This document shows positions 25,993 through 40,960 of a DNA stretch of 64,000 nucleotides, one piece after another. Numbering within the stretch: the first letter of the stretch is position 1; every line of letters begins with the position of its first letter. Source of the DNA: the human T2T-CHM13v2.0 reference genome, Homo sapiens. Under the pieces are notes generated by a model. That model worked only from the letters and a program-made list of their open reading frames with translations. It had not been told where the DNA came from and ran no database searches. The stretch lies in assembly GCF_009914755.1 (NCBI RefSeq), contig NC_060934.1, one strand, 5' to 3'. The translations under genes and the position numbers were made by a program.

Positions 25993-28900
25993 TTGTAACT
26001 ATATTTTTTTAAATTCAGAAAAGAAATGGTTGTGTCTCAGTTTTTACTGTTACTGCTTTTGTTGCTCCTAGACCCATTTCGCATTCCCTTTGTTATTAGG
26101 GTCCACAGCAGTGTTCCCAGTATTAATGTTACCTGGAAACCTCAGCCTAGTGCAAACCCTGAGAGCCCGTAACAGTGCAGACTGGCAGAGCCTCCCACAG
26201 TCATTTGGCTCAGAGCCTTACTCAGCACCGTGCCATGCAGGTGTGCAAGACATGCCCTCTTATGGGTCTTGGGACAGAATTTACAATCAAACCGAGATAT
26301 ATTTCCATTCTCATGGCCAGCACCAAGCATATACCAGGGTTATTCTAGCATTCTAAGAATGTAGGGTCCCTTTTTTCCTTTCCGTGAAGACATTGGGGAA
26401 CAGTTGTCTCACCAGCCAAGGGTGACCTCAGAAACAGTCTTTACACCAAGCTTTGCTTCAGGGTCTTGCCTTCCTTGTCCCTAGCAGCAGCACTGCCCGT
26501 GTGTGCATGGTCACATACTGGTGTGCCCACTGTGCCCGGGGGCTGTGGACTGGGCTGCCTGTGTGCCCAGCCTGTCAATGGACATCTGGCTATGAGGAAG
26601 TGCGTGGCTAAGTTAGTGCAGGGAGTACAAGAGAACTTCAGTGAGGAGACAGCTTAGCGCTCCCAACCAGGCATTGGGTGCTTTTGTTTTGTTTTGTTTG
26701 TTCTGACTTTTCGATTTTGCTACCTAGTAGAGGTAAACATTCTATGGATGATGTAATGACCAATCCTTCATTCATGGTTTTTTCACATCCAGAAGTGTGG
26801 ATTATTTTCTATGAACCCTCTCTTTCAGATGAAGATGTCTACCCAGTGAGTCTCAGGGATTTGCCCAGGAAGAAACAGGGAGACAGCAATTGCATGAGGT
26901 CCTGCACAGGCCATCCTGACCACAATACTCTGCCTTTCCACGATACCCTCCCTCCATTCCCCAGGAAGGCGGCCAGAGAGAGCTAGTGCTGGTTTAAGAC
27001 GGGCTTCGGTGATATGAAGGCTAATGTTCTGTCGGCTCACACCTGTGTGCTTTCTGTTGCTTTCAGCCAATCTTTGTGGATTATTCATTGCCTGTACCAT
27101 CATGGTTGCTAAACAGTTTGGATATTAGTCTTGGATCTTTTGCCTAACTTTAAAGTTGACAGTCAAAACATGATGGAAATTAGTTGAGAATTAAGATGAC
27201 ACATATACTGTGATTTGTTTGTCAGGATTGAGAGAAAGAGTAGGATGTTGTTAGGATAATGATGCATGGTATGTAAGGGAGGTGTCACAGAGTTTGATGT
27301 AGAAAATCATGCGTCATATCTGTATTTTTACCTGTTCTGCAAAAATCAATTTTATATTGTTGTTATAAATAAATGTACATTGTATTTTTTTAACCCTCTT
27401 CAGGATTAACCCTCCCATTAGTTGTCTATATTCTTTGCCTGCTGTAAAATAGGAGATATGCATTTTCCTTTCATCCCCGTGCAAGCTGGCTAGGAAATGA
27501 ATCCCCACGGTAGAAACTCATCGCCCTACAAGTTAATAGAAAAATGCTGTTATTGCTGGTGTAAATTAGGTTGCATACTTTATTGGTTACAAGTATTTCT
27601 TGCAGGCAATTTTACATCATAAATGCCAAATTAACTGCTGTTGATTATGTTACTGATCATTCTTGCTATTTTATAACAAGAATAGTTACTCATATAAAAA
27701 TCCCCATATACCAGATATAAAAATAGAAAAACTTGAAACATCAAGAACTTGGGTGGAAGGTGGGAGAGCTGGGCAAACAAAAGCCTGTTTAATTCCGAAT
27801 TATCTGCAGTGTAATTTAGCTTGAGAATTGGTTTGGCCTTAAGTAGAATAACAGAATCTATTGATGATATTTTTGTTGTGCTTATACCTTTCTGTGTTCC
27901 TTGTGTTCTAATGCAGAAAAAAAATTGTCAGGGTCCTTAAGAGTCTATGACTTGTATTTTTGCAGAAAATATTATTTTAGTCAGGGGCATTTTAAAATGC
28001 TTTTGTACGAATGTTCAATTTTGCAATTTTATGGTATGTAAATGGATAAATATTGGTAGTAAAACATTTGAATCTACATGATCTTTAATTTGAAGTGTGT
28101 TATTTGAAACTTATTGCAAATGTATTTGGAAAATGATTATTGAGGCCTGCAAAAGCCCATTAAAAAGTGCCTGTCTGTGCTATATATTCAGCCTTTCCCA
28201 AAGTCAGACCATGCCTCTTGTTTTATCCAGTGACATATGATATAAATTTCTCTTTAGATATTGTAACTACCACCTGTAGACTCAAACATGGGTTATGATG
28301 AAAAATAAAATTTGTCATTTAACACATTTGTCGGGAATTTATCTTTTAGTTGATTAAACTGTTAACTAAAGTGTCAGAATTATTTATTGCAATATCTACC
28401 TCTAAAAAGTGTGTGCTTGTGTATCAATTAATAAATGGTTCACAATAAATGAGTTTATAAAAATGGTGACAGTGTATTTGGTTAAGACTTCAAAGGGTTT
28501 TAAGCAGTAGAAAACTGCATGTTAGAATCAACAATTTGTGATTGTTCTTATCTACAATTTGTCTTATTATCTGGGTTTACTTTTTTCTTAAAATTTACTG
28601 ATTCATTCTTCAGCTTTCACATTAAATTATTTGAATTAATTTTATGTATATGCTTACAAACTTTTGGGTGATATTTTAAAAATATCCCATCAATAGATAA
28701 TTCATCCCTGTCATGTGGATTAACCTCCAGGCATCTCTGTAACAAGAGTCAAGGATTTCTACTGCACATGGTTTAGAGTCTTCGGTTACTCACTTGTTTT
28801 TTAGTTCCCTGGGGTGGCTCTACTTGTTTCCTGGGGCTACATGTGTTTCAAGCAGTCAGCCAAAAAAGAAAAAAAATCAAAGTTTGAGTGTCATCTGTGA

Positions 28901-31900
28901 CGATATATCTATGAACATGGGTATGGAGAAGAGCACCACCATTTTTGTTGTTGCTTCCAGAGTCAACAGAAAACCTCACCATCACTTTATCACACTAATT
29001 CGGCAATCGAAAACTCTTCCTCAGCATGTGAAATTGTTGCATCAGCTAAGTCATTTTGCGGCTAAATTAAAAGCAGACTGTAGATAGACTCTTCCATGTT
29101 GACAATTTCAAAAAGAATTCATATCTTTACATTTTAATAGTCTGAGTTTTTAACATTATGACTGAACGTAACAGCAGGAGAGCCAATAAGGTATGATGGC
29201 ATGGAGGAGGAATTCAGGAGTCGGCCCTGGGAAGCACAGATGGATTGAAGTCAGGCTGATCCACACTGAAACAACAATCATCCAGCACTTGCCTTAGGAA
29301 TAACAGGAAATTATTATGATGCAGAAAAGTATTATTCCTAAAGATGATGCCTTTACAATAGCTAATCTGTTAAAGGATATTGCAGATGGTGTCATTTGCC
29401 TAAACTTCACAAATAGAAATACATTTCAACCTATTTTTAGAGAGTAATTCATTGTATTATTATAATGCTAAAATTTAACTGGCATTGAAATGGAGCTAAG
29501 CTACTGAATAAAATGTGAGATTCTACAAGACACACACACACACCCTACAAACACACACATGCACACATATGTCTTCTTGAAGTAAGAGTTTAAAGGTCAA
29601 AACACGCTTTCAAAATTCTGAGGTCAAACATATTTCTGGAGTCAAAACATACTTTTAAAACTGTGCTATGATATTGAAACAAATTGTTTCACAGGCGTCA
29701 AAGCAGGAACAACCATTCTGATATTCGAACAATAAGTTTATGGCAGCCAAAACTTTGGAGCAGAAAGACCAAATTATTGGATTTCACTTACTCTTTGCCC
29801 TCAAAAAGCCACAAGCATGAAAAAAAAGCAATGGAAATGTCTCCTGGTGCTATGAAAAGGGAGGCGTCTTGCTCATTTTAGGGCATTAAAAAAAAATCTT
29901 TCCACCGTTTTTATTTTTCTATTTTCCTGCATCTTCGACATCATCAAAGCATGTTCTCTGTTTCTGTCATTTTGAGACAAGCACTAACTGTACTGTCTTC
30001 TGTAGTCTGGCAGAGATAATGTATCTGGGTTTCCTTAGTGATATTTTAAACACATTTTTTTTCTGTCCTCCCATACAGAGCGCATACTTTTGGTGGAATT
30101 CCTGTTGTGTGGGAGACCAGCTTAGTTCCATTCACACACTCACACTCCCAGATGTGGCCCCATGGGTTTATTCCTATCTCGCTGTTTCAACAGTCAGACG
30201 TTTGTTCTTCAGGCTGCTTGCTCCAGTATCCTCGTCAGACAACCGCAGGGAGCCTTTGTGCATTTATTTATTTATTTGCTTGGTATGCTTCAGTGTTTTG
30301 GGGGCTTTTCTTCCCACTGAGTAAGTTAAAACTCTGCAAAAGTTTGCCTCCAGAAAAAGGGAGCCAAACTGCCCCTTGATTACTTGAATTGTGTAAATGA
30401 GGGATGGCAGGTGTTGGGGCAGGGAAGGTGGCAGAGAAAGAAGTGGAAATCCTTTGGAATCCAGGATTATCACTTATTGTGCCCCTGTATTGAAAAATTA
30501 CAAAATGAAACTGAAAGGTTGGGCAACAGAAAGAGGATTATGTTTATTTTCACTACCACTAAACTTTGCCACTACAGGTTGGTTTAATTAACCCGTGAGA
30601 TGAAGTGCTGAACTCTCTGAAAAGATAAATGCTTTCAGAGGTGCCTCAGACACGAGAAACACAATAATATTTATATTTCTTTTTGACTGAGGAAGGTCAC
30701 TGTGGTGACAGTTTCAGGAGGACACCTGTATTATTCTCTTTTGTCAACAGGACTTGTAATATGAACAAAACATGCAGTCACTTCCCACCAGGATGTGTCC
30801 TTCTGGACATCAGCATACGTGCAAGATGACAATTTCAGGCAAGAATTTTTTCCTCTAATCTATGATTTAATCAGTTGGGTGTCTGGGAGTGGGTTAGAGA
30901 ACATTTCTGAAGTTAAAGCTTGAATGTTTTTCATGTGGCTGGAGGTGAGGGCAGGCGTCCAGGAGACTCAGGCAGCAGCTGCATAGCTCAGTGCCTAAGT
31001 GATCTCTGCTCTTAGGAGGATCAATTGAAAGCTTAGGGGAAATAGGGCTCCCAGGAAGATGGGTGCTTAAAAATGAATACTGTAAATGTTACTCAGCATA
31101 CAATTGAGGGAAAGCCATCACTCACAGGAAGTGAGCACAATTCTTTATTATCTGGGCCCTGTCACTAATGAAACATTCAGTGTAGAAGAAATCAGTCCCC
31201 TTTGAGTTTAGGCTTGTCATGATGGCTCTGGGTTTCCTTCATTCACAGCAATCACACTTAAAATGTTTACAGTCTGAAGACCTGAAAAACATGTCCACAC
31301 CCTTGAATTCGTTGTAGTTACACATGAGGTCAATGTTATCCATCTTCATTTATCAAATAAAGAAATTGAAAATATAGTCTGTCAGAAAATAATTCCAATT
31401 CAGATCTTCAAGAGTTCACGTTTTATTGTCCTATTGTACTAGAGCTATTTTTGTAAAACATACATCTTTAAGCTTTCAGACAGAATCGTGAAAACGTAAA
31501 CTTATCACACACAACAGCATAATATGCAATGCAGTGCAGTCTAGGATATACGCATTAGTGTCAATTTTTAATTAAAAAATGCTGAATTTTGTTTAAAAAG
31601 TTTTTTTTTTTCCTGGATCTGGAAAAGGAAATGCTTTTCTGGAGTAAAACACAGAGGATAAGGTAGAATTCTTACCTGAAGTGCCTGTAGGAGATTCCAA
31701 CGTGAATGCATTTCACACGCTTTTACAAGCTACTTTCTTCTCCTTTCTTTTTTCAATCATCTTAGCAGTCATTGTTTATTTTCTGGAGATGAGTAGTTTT
31801 TATTTATACTAGAAAGCCCATAGTTTTTACATAGGTTGCCTTTCATTCTTGGTAAGACACTGAGAAAAGGAGAAAAAGAAAACTTCAGAGATAGAGCAAT

Positions 31901-33673
31901 GGTATAATTGATTGAATGTTACGTGAACTGTCAAGATCAGAACTTTCTCATACTATCTTAGGAATAAAAATATGTTCTGGTTAGTAATCCTCACCAAGTT
32001 TGGAAGGTTAGAGGTGACTCAGCCTCCATGAATGTGGTCTGGTCTTATTTTAAGAAGGGCTTCTGAGTCATGTGGAGTTGTGTCAAACTATGTGTTATGT
32101 TATGTTATTTTAAAAAGACAGCTTGGAGAGAGGAAATTGAACTATCTTTTTTTTTTTCCAAAAAACTCTGCCCTTTAATAGAAGAAAAGGGCAAGTTATT
32201 TCCCACAAATCTCACTCTATGTAATGTAGCCTAGAATGTATTTTTACCACAGATATATTCTTAAAGTAGTTTGGCATGACCTTACTTAGAGTATTTTAAG
32301 TTTGTGACTTGAATTGTTTTTGCTTAATATTTATCTTTAGATGTGGTTGAATGCACTGTTCATAACTGAATAAATTTACTATCGATCCATTATTATCGTG
32401 ATTGTTCACCTATTCAAATTGATAGCTACACAGATACATGTACTATTTTTATCAATATTCAAAATGCATAATGTTAAGTGAACTTCAATTTTCTCAACTC
32501 AGAAAAGTAGCAATAGAATAAATCTTGCCTATCTCCCTGAGTTGCAATAACATGTAATAAAATCCTTGGAAAAGTACATCAGATAATGACGGGTTCATGA
32601 TGGCTCACGTTGACTGGTAATGCCATGGCTTACAATTGAGTATGAAGTCTGCACTGCGGCTCAGCTGAGGGAAAGGCACATCCAGGTGGGTGAGCAGGTC
32701 TGCTACAGGAACTCACTCTTGCATTCTAACTTCCCTGAGCCTTTGGGTATGTTTCTCGATGTTATACCAAGAACGTTCTGACATTTTAACCTCAAGTCGT
32801 ATAGGTCACCTCTGGTTCCATGATTCAGCCAACCGATTGAGAAAATTATTAGTGCCATTCTTAGACCCTCAAGCTAGGACACTGAATCAATAAATCCGCT
32901 TCAAAACATATACCATGATACAATTGTATATTATTTCCATCTTAATCCCACACTCTTAAGATACATTGTCATTCTTATTTCCCAGGGTTTGTTGATATTA
33001 ATTGGCAGATCATGCAACTCTTTGGATGTGTATCATATCCCATCACAGGATTGAGACTTGAGTCAACTCTAGGTCTAAAAGGAAGAAAAAGGAGTGGGAG
33101 TAGAACTTAATGAAGATTAGTAGGGCTCTCAATGCAGTACTAATGGGCGGTGGTGGGCATTAGAGATTCTTCAAGAAAAGGGAGACTAACTTCCTCAGGC
33201 ACGGCTGCAGACTGCTTCTACTGGCCAAGAAGGCAAGGAAAGCTGTCAGAATTAAGGGCTCTAGGTTTCCAGATTAACTAGAATTTGCTCATATATTCCC
33301 TTCCCAAACCTCAGAATCCCACTCCTTCCCAGTAAATGTCCTAAATTTAATAAAAGAGACTCTATGAGGTTTGGAATTCAATTTTGGCTATAATTCAGCC
33401 ACCCACAGGATGAAACTTTGGGTTTCCTGTTCAAAAACCTTGGCTCTCTGGCTACAGGAGATAGGATTTCTTTCAGGACCAATCTAGAAGCTTTCAGGAC
33501 CCTTATATAGAACTTGATCTTGGTACTTAAAGCCCTGAATTTCTCCAGTGTAGTTAGAACTAGCCAACCAACACAATTATATTCATCATTTTCATTAAAA
33601 TGGTCAAACTCAATAAATTCTTGGTTACTCAGATGGGCACTTAATAAAAGATGTGTAAAGGTGATAATTTGAG

Positions 33674-33674
<1 letters not shown>

Positions 33675-33735
<61 letters not shown>

Positions 33736-33808
33736 TTTTCTTTCCTTCTTTCTTTCCCCTCTCTCTTTCTCTCTGTCTCTCTATCTCTCTTTCTTTCTTT
33801 TTTTTTCT
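33675..33808. repeat. (TTTC)n / CT-rich polypyrimidine microsatellite
   Basis: Directly visible. Confidence 0.95.
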
Positions 33809-33909
33809 GACCTCTCCATCTGATGCTAGGAACTACTTACCCCTCTTTTACCACTGTGGATAGGGTACTTAGTGCTTTTAAATCTAATCAGATCAGAAAA
33901 ACAATTCCA

Positions 33910-33953
33910 AACACACACACACACGCATACACACACACACACACACACACACA
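33910..33953. repeat. Interrupted (CA)n microsatellite
   Basis: Directly visible. Confidence 0.95.
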
Positions 33954-34456
33954 GAAACAACTCAAAAACTGTACCCTTAAGATCCCATTCCTCTGAAACC
34001 ACCCTTAGTACCAAATTCTGTGTAAGTCAGGTTTAAACCAGAAATATAGCAACTCTACAGATTTGTCTTCAGGTATTTGACCTTACACAACATTGGGAGC
34101 TGGTTAAACCATCTCTGCAGAGTTGCCTTTGTGTCTAATGCTGGATCTTGAAGTCCATAGACTGGACACCTGAGAAGAAAACATGGGTATAGGGTGGAGG
34201 AGGAATGGTGAGCTGGGCCCCAGAAGCACAGGTTGAAGCCCAAATGACAGACTGAGCTCATGTCAGTTCTCATCACCTCCACCTTTGCTTATGTGGGTGC
34301 AGAGGACGGGACTCTGTGTCATGGAGCTAAACACACACACATCTAGCCCAGGAATCAAAGAAGCTTCAAAAAGAGGAAGATGCAAGTTCGGCTGGTGCCT
34401 CCCATCAATATCTGCAGATAAGTGACAATGTATGTAAGATTTTTTTTTTAAAGGCA

Positions 34457-34650
34457 ATCTGGACAATACAGTAAAACCTCATCTCTACGAAAATTTAAAA
34501 ATTAGCTGAGCTTGGTGATGCATGCCTGTGGTCCCAGTTACTCAGGAGGCTGAGGTGGGAGGATCACTTGAGCCCAAGAGGCAGAGGCTGCAGTGAATTG
34601 AGATTGCACTGCTGCAATCCAGCCAAGACAACAGAGCAAGACCCTATATT
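34457..34650 (+). mobile_element. 5'-truncated AluJ lacking a poly(A) tail
   Basis: aaattagctgagcttggtg..gaggctgaggtgggaggatcacttgagccc..agagcaagaccct. Confidence 0.85.
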
Positions 34651-36019
34651 AACTTGTTTTTTTAGAGGAAAGGCTGCTCCTCCATTTCCCCAGGCTAAAT
34701 CTTCCACAACAGTGGCTACAAACATTAAGAAACATAGGAAAGATTGTCCTTGAGAATGTAGTTCGTTTGAGCCTAGATGCTACCTTACAAAGTTATCACA
34801 TCACTTTGCTTTCATTTTCCATTTTCTTTTGCAACTTTTTATCTTTCTCTGCCTTCCAAACTTTCCTACTGCAATGCAGAGTATATTCTTGTTTTTCTTC
34901 ACGTTTATTTTTAGGATGCAGCTATAGGGAACGTTGATTAAATGTCTGAGGACTTTCTTCTAAGGTTTTCTAATTGCTTCAGCAAAACTGCTTAATGGCT
35001 ATTTTTAAGTCCTCTAGAGGCATTCTTAAAAACCAGCACACTGCTATCAAATTCCACTTGCTCTTCCACGAAGGTTTTCAGAATATTTCTTTTTCTTATC
35101 ATCACCATCCTCAACAACATCATTGTTAAGTAAAACATGGCACACGTGGCCATGAGCTACACATCTAAGTTTCTCTACTGACCTTCTGTGATGAATACGA
35201 TTTCATTGTCAAATAAGTAATTTAGGGATCCTTGTCTGTTTCCTGTTCTAATCTCAGGGGTACTCACTACATGATGAGTAACACAAGAGGATGAGATGAA
35301 TCACTGCACCAACGTAGTTTAATTTTTAGTTTAATTTTTGTGGTCAGTGCTTTACTGGCTTGGGATTGGGAGAGCAAAGAAATAATGAAATTTGAGGTTA
35401 GAGAAGCTCTGGCTTCCCATTGAAGGTATGAGAGGAAAAGAAACCTAAGAAAGAAAGAAGCTGGGCAAACACGGCTCCATGTACCCTGGGTTTTCTCTTA
35501 CACTGGTCCTGCTTTGAGGATGAACACACACAAGGGTAAGGCATGGGAGAGGGCATGGAGCAACTGTCTAAGTTATGATCGAATAAAAATGCAGCATTGC
35601 TTATTCAGGATCGACAAGTAAATACAGTGGGATCAGGATTACTTCTCGCTGCCAGCATTTTGATGAAGAAAGGTATTCAAAAATCTGCTTCTATGGAGGT
35701 ACAATTTCACACAGACTTACGTTGCCAACTTTCACTTGACGGAAACTTTGTAGACACAATGCAGAACCTCTTCTCCGGAAGCAGATTATGTCAGCAGGAC
35801 TTTAGTGTGTTGATTTAGGGAAAGGCAAAAGGTGATGGTGTTGTAATTAAAAAAAAAGGGGGGGCCCACACAGAAAGTCCCAAACTAATTGTTTAGAAGA
35901 TGATTTTGTGGGGTGGCATGAAAAAAGTTTGGATGAAACATTTTAACTTTTTAACGTTCAGCAGCTTCATATCCTACGATGAAAATCTCTCTCCCTTACA
36001 CTCATCAGCTCACTCTTAC

Positions 36020-36960
<941 letters not shown>

Positions 36961-36972
36961 TTGGAGGCCAAG

Positions 36973-37500
36973 AAATATTCCATTGTATGTAGACACCACA
37001 TTGTGTTTATTCATTTACCAAAGAACATTTGGGTTGCTTCCACTTCTTGGCTATTGTGAATAATGTTGCTATGAATATGGGTGTACAAATATCTCTTCAA
37101 TATTCTGTTTTCACTTCTTTCAAGTATATATGCCCATAAATGGAATTGCTGAATGATGTAATAATTCCATTTTTAACTCTTGAGGAACCACCATAGTTTC
37201 TCATAGTGGCTACGTCATTATTTTATGTTCCTACCAACAGTATGCAAGGTTTCCAACGGCTTTACACCTGGCCAACTCATGTTACTGTCTGTTTTATTTT
37301 CTGTTCTTGTTTTTAATAGTAGTCATCCTAATGCATATAAGGCAATATCTCACTGTGGTGTTAATTTGCATTTCCATAGTGATTAGTGATGTTGAACAAT
37401 TTTCATGAGTTTATTGGCTTATTTTATGCCTTATTTAGGGAGATATCTATTCAAGTCTTTTACCTACTTTCAATTGGGTTATGCAAGTTTTCTGTTGTTC
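36973..37500 (-). mobile_element. L1M (L1MB-like) ORF2-end fragment
   Basis: atattccattgtatgtagacaccaca..tttgggttgcttccacttcttggctattgtgaataatgttgctatgaa..tttgcatttcc. Confidence 0.85.
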
Positions 37501-37999
37501 TTCCTTTGTCATATTTTGTAAGTCCTAAAATTAAAAATTAATTTAATGTGCATTGTCCCTGCTCAGCAATAAATTACTTTTGCAGTTTTTAGATATCATT
37601 GCTGATAAATGTCTTCTATCTAAAAGTACATAAAAGAATGTCATATTTGTAAATAGCTCTTTCATCATGATTCTTTTATTTTAGCTCAAAAAGTTAAACC
37701 ATTGTTTTTCTTTGGTCTATGGTGGGGGTACAGGGATAGTGGAGTAGTTTTCTATTCTATTGCAGATACACAAATCCCAGATAATTATTTTTCGACAGTT
37801 TTGGAAGTAACATTTTCTTAGAATGTTTTCCGTACTTCTACCTATGGTAGAGATGCAAAAGGAAGGGCTTATAATGGATTGATGGGAGCTAGCAAATAGG
37901 CTTGAGAGTATCAAAGAGGTGAGCTTGGTGGAGGAGACACTCATTTCTCTGCACACATCAGTTCCTCATTCTTCCTGGTCAGAGGTGTCCAGGAAGACT

Positions 38000-38325
38000 G
38001 TAATTCCCAGCTCCCACATAACCATGGGATCCAGTTCTCATCAGGAGACTATGAGCACCCATGATATGCTCAACTTGAATCTAAAAGACCTCTTTCCTTC
38101 CTGCTAGATGTAAGTTGCAAAGATTGGAGCATCTCAGGATAATGTGTTTTGAGGATGGTGAGCTGCTCAGGTCACCTGGTTCTGGATTTGATACCTTGTG
38201 GATGGACCTGCCTATCCACCGTAGACTACCACTGGACAGAGAAGGAAACTTCTATGTGGTATTGCAATGAACCATTGCATTTGAGGTCAATTTGTTAGAG
38301 TAGTTTATTTTCTACTCATATGTGC
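38000..38325 (+). mobile_element. Old MLT1-type LTR fragment
   Basis: agagaaggaaacttcta...ccattgcatttgaggtcaatttgttagagtag resembles an MLT1 3' end. Confidence 0.45.
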
Positions 38326-39939
38326 TTGTTTGTTTCTTGTTTTACACTTGCTTGAGTCACTTCTTTGCAGATCGAAATGCCATTTATTTGTAGAACTGAG
38401 TAAGGCTCACAGGGCAAGGGTACAAAACAAAATAACACAGCAAATCTTAGGGTAGGCATTCTCCATGCCTAAAGAATTTATGCGATATTTTTTTCTAAAA
38501 AGTCAAAAGAATTTGTACAGGAAACACATAAGTGATAAAGTGTATAATAAGTGCCTATTTGAATAGTATTGGCAATTAGGGTTCTGGAACCCTAACAGGA
38601 AGCCTACTTAGGATCTTCTAGAAAGTCAGAGCCAACTTGAGAAGGGAAAAATCAAAGCTGGAGTGGAGGCTTCCAGGAGGAGAGAACTTGAGTCCAATCT
38701 GAAGGGCTGTGAAGCATCTGAGGGAAGAGGGACTCACCTGCACCTGAGCCAGGAGGGGGTCATTCTCACCACCATCCTCATTGCACATGCTCCTCCCTTC
38801 TGTGTTTCCCCTAGGACAGGGGTGAATCTTCCAGGCTAATACATCAGGCATGCCAGTCCTGTAGTTACATGTGAGACCACAGAGTAGCAATTCCTTTATG
38901 ATGTGGGGCTTGCATGTGCCTCTGCGTAGCACAATCTTCCTTGCTGTTATCTTGCCAGGGTTTTCTTGTGCCCACGGGGATCCTTGCATGGCCCTGGGTC
39001 TAGGTTATGTGCTTTCCACACAGAAGCACCCTGCACTCCCAGCCATAGACCTTGTAGCATAAGATTTCAGTTTCCAGTTAGCTGAGTGTATCTTCTATGG
39101 AACTGTCAGACTTTTGTAGGCTTTCTCATGCCTTTTAGCCAAAGAATCATTCCCAATGCTTAGGATAATTTCTGGAATAAAGTAGTCTCAATGAAAATAT
39201 TTCAGATAAATTAATACATATATATGAACGTTTTGGATGAGCTCAAAATTGGGACGGAACTGCACTGAAACCTATCCTATGGCGGATGATACTAAGTATC
39301 TTTTCAGAAAGGTGGACATTTTAAAAATTATAAGTTGTTCTATTAGCAATATGTGGTCACATGGGAGTTTGTTAAATTTTTTAGTCTTTTTTGGGAGCTT
39401 AAAATATGAAATGAGTTCACAGAGGTGGAATGGTTTCAAGCAATAGAAGACCAAGATTCAACAGCTTCTTATTTCCCCTCTGAGAACGAATCATTGATCT
39501 CTAGTGGAACTATCAGAGTCCTGGATAAAAATAAAAATGTGAATTTTTAAAATAGGGCTCACTTTTAGAAATACTCTTCCAAAATGAATCATGCAGTTTG
39601 GCCTTTTCATATGAACTATTCTGATGCAATTTTCCCCATAAAGATACATTTTGTATCAGAAGCAGCCTCTCTGTTGTGGGATTTAGTACCTTGGGAGGCT
39701 CTGTTGGTGAAATTGCTTGCTAAAACTCAGCCTCACCTGCTCTGTGTTGAATGGATGCATAGACAGCTCTCAGCCCTCATTTTCTTTGAAAATGGAGAGA
39801 TAATTTACTGAACTATGAATCCAGTGGATTATTTCTTTGGGCACCGCATAGCAGCTACTAGTTAAAAAGTTGAAAAGTAGGTAAGCGTTATTGTCCTGTC
39901 CAACACCAGTCCCTGTAACATTAGGGGCATCTCCTATAC

Positions 39940-40531
39940 CAGTCGTTCTCATTGTGGGGTGATTTTTGTGACCCTTCATTCCTCACCAGGGAACATCTGG
40001 CAATGTCTGTAGACTTTTTTTGATGGTCTCAACTGGGACATTGCTGCTGGTATCTAGTGGGTCAGGGCCAGGTATGCTGCTAAGCATCCTACAGTGAAGA
40101 GGGCGGCCCTCCACGACAAGGAACGATAAGACCTAAAAGTATTAATAGTCACCTGGGGGCCAGATGCAGTGGCTCACGCCTATAATCCCAGCACTTCGGT
40201 TTGGGAGGCCGAGGCAGGTGGATGACCTGAGGTCAGGAATTCGAGACCAGCCTGGCCAACATGATGAAACCCTGTCTCTACTAAAAATACAAAAATTAGC
40301 TGGGCGTGGTGGTGCAAGCCTGTAATCCCAGCTACTCGGGAGGCTTAGGAAGGAGAATCACTTGAACCTGCGAGGGGGAGGTTGCGGTGAGCCGAGATCG
40401 CACCATCGCACTCCACCAGCGTGTGCGACAGGAGCAAGACTCCATGTCAAAAAGAAAAAAAAAAAAAAGAAACAAAACAAAACAAAACAAAACAAAAAAC
40501 GAGTAGTCACCTGGGAGGTGGAGATACCCTG
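39940..40531. mobile_element. MER20 hAT MITE interrupted near its end by an Alu
   Basis: cagtcgttctca..catctggcaatgtctgtagac..tggtatctagtgggt..ctaagcatcctacagtg; terminal gaggtggagataccctg follows the Alu. Confidence 0.85.
40158..40500 (+). mobile_element. AluS with (AAAAC)n tail
   Basis: Alu sequence; TSD tagtcacctggg (40146-40157 / 40504-40515). Confidence 0.95.
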
Positions 40532-40960
40532 TTCTGAACCCTGATAAGTTTCTTTCAAGTGGAAGAATCTTGTCGGAACCTGTCTTCCACTTGGTTTTTG
40601 CCCATGTCCCTTCAGTAAAGACCCTCCCAACTCTGGTGCCATCCCACACATGACGCGAGAGCCTGTGGCCCCAGTTCAGTGGAAGGGCAGGTCCTGGTGA
40701 CCCATTTTTGTCCCTTCTTGGGTTCGAGGATCCCCAGGGTGGCTAACCCACCCATGTGCAGCTGAGAGAGGCTCGTGTTTCGGGCGGGAATAGGATACTG
40801 AGAGAAGCTCTTCCTAGATGTGCATCCTGTAGACTAGTGATCACGTTTCATCTTCCTCAGCCCAGGGATCTGCAGCAGTGGTTACAGAGGGAAAACATTT
40901 GTCTGAAACTGGATCTGGGGCTGTGGTCTAGAGTGGCTCACTCCAGTGGTACCTTCTGAA

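Noticed and set aside
38618-38989. 123-aa minus ORF with a 73-nt exon-like unit (38738-38810)
   Set aside because: No recognisable homology, not frame-preserving and no partner exons; such splice-like pairs are common by chance.
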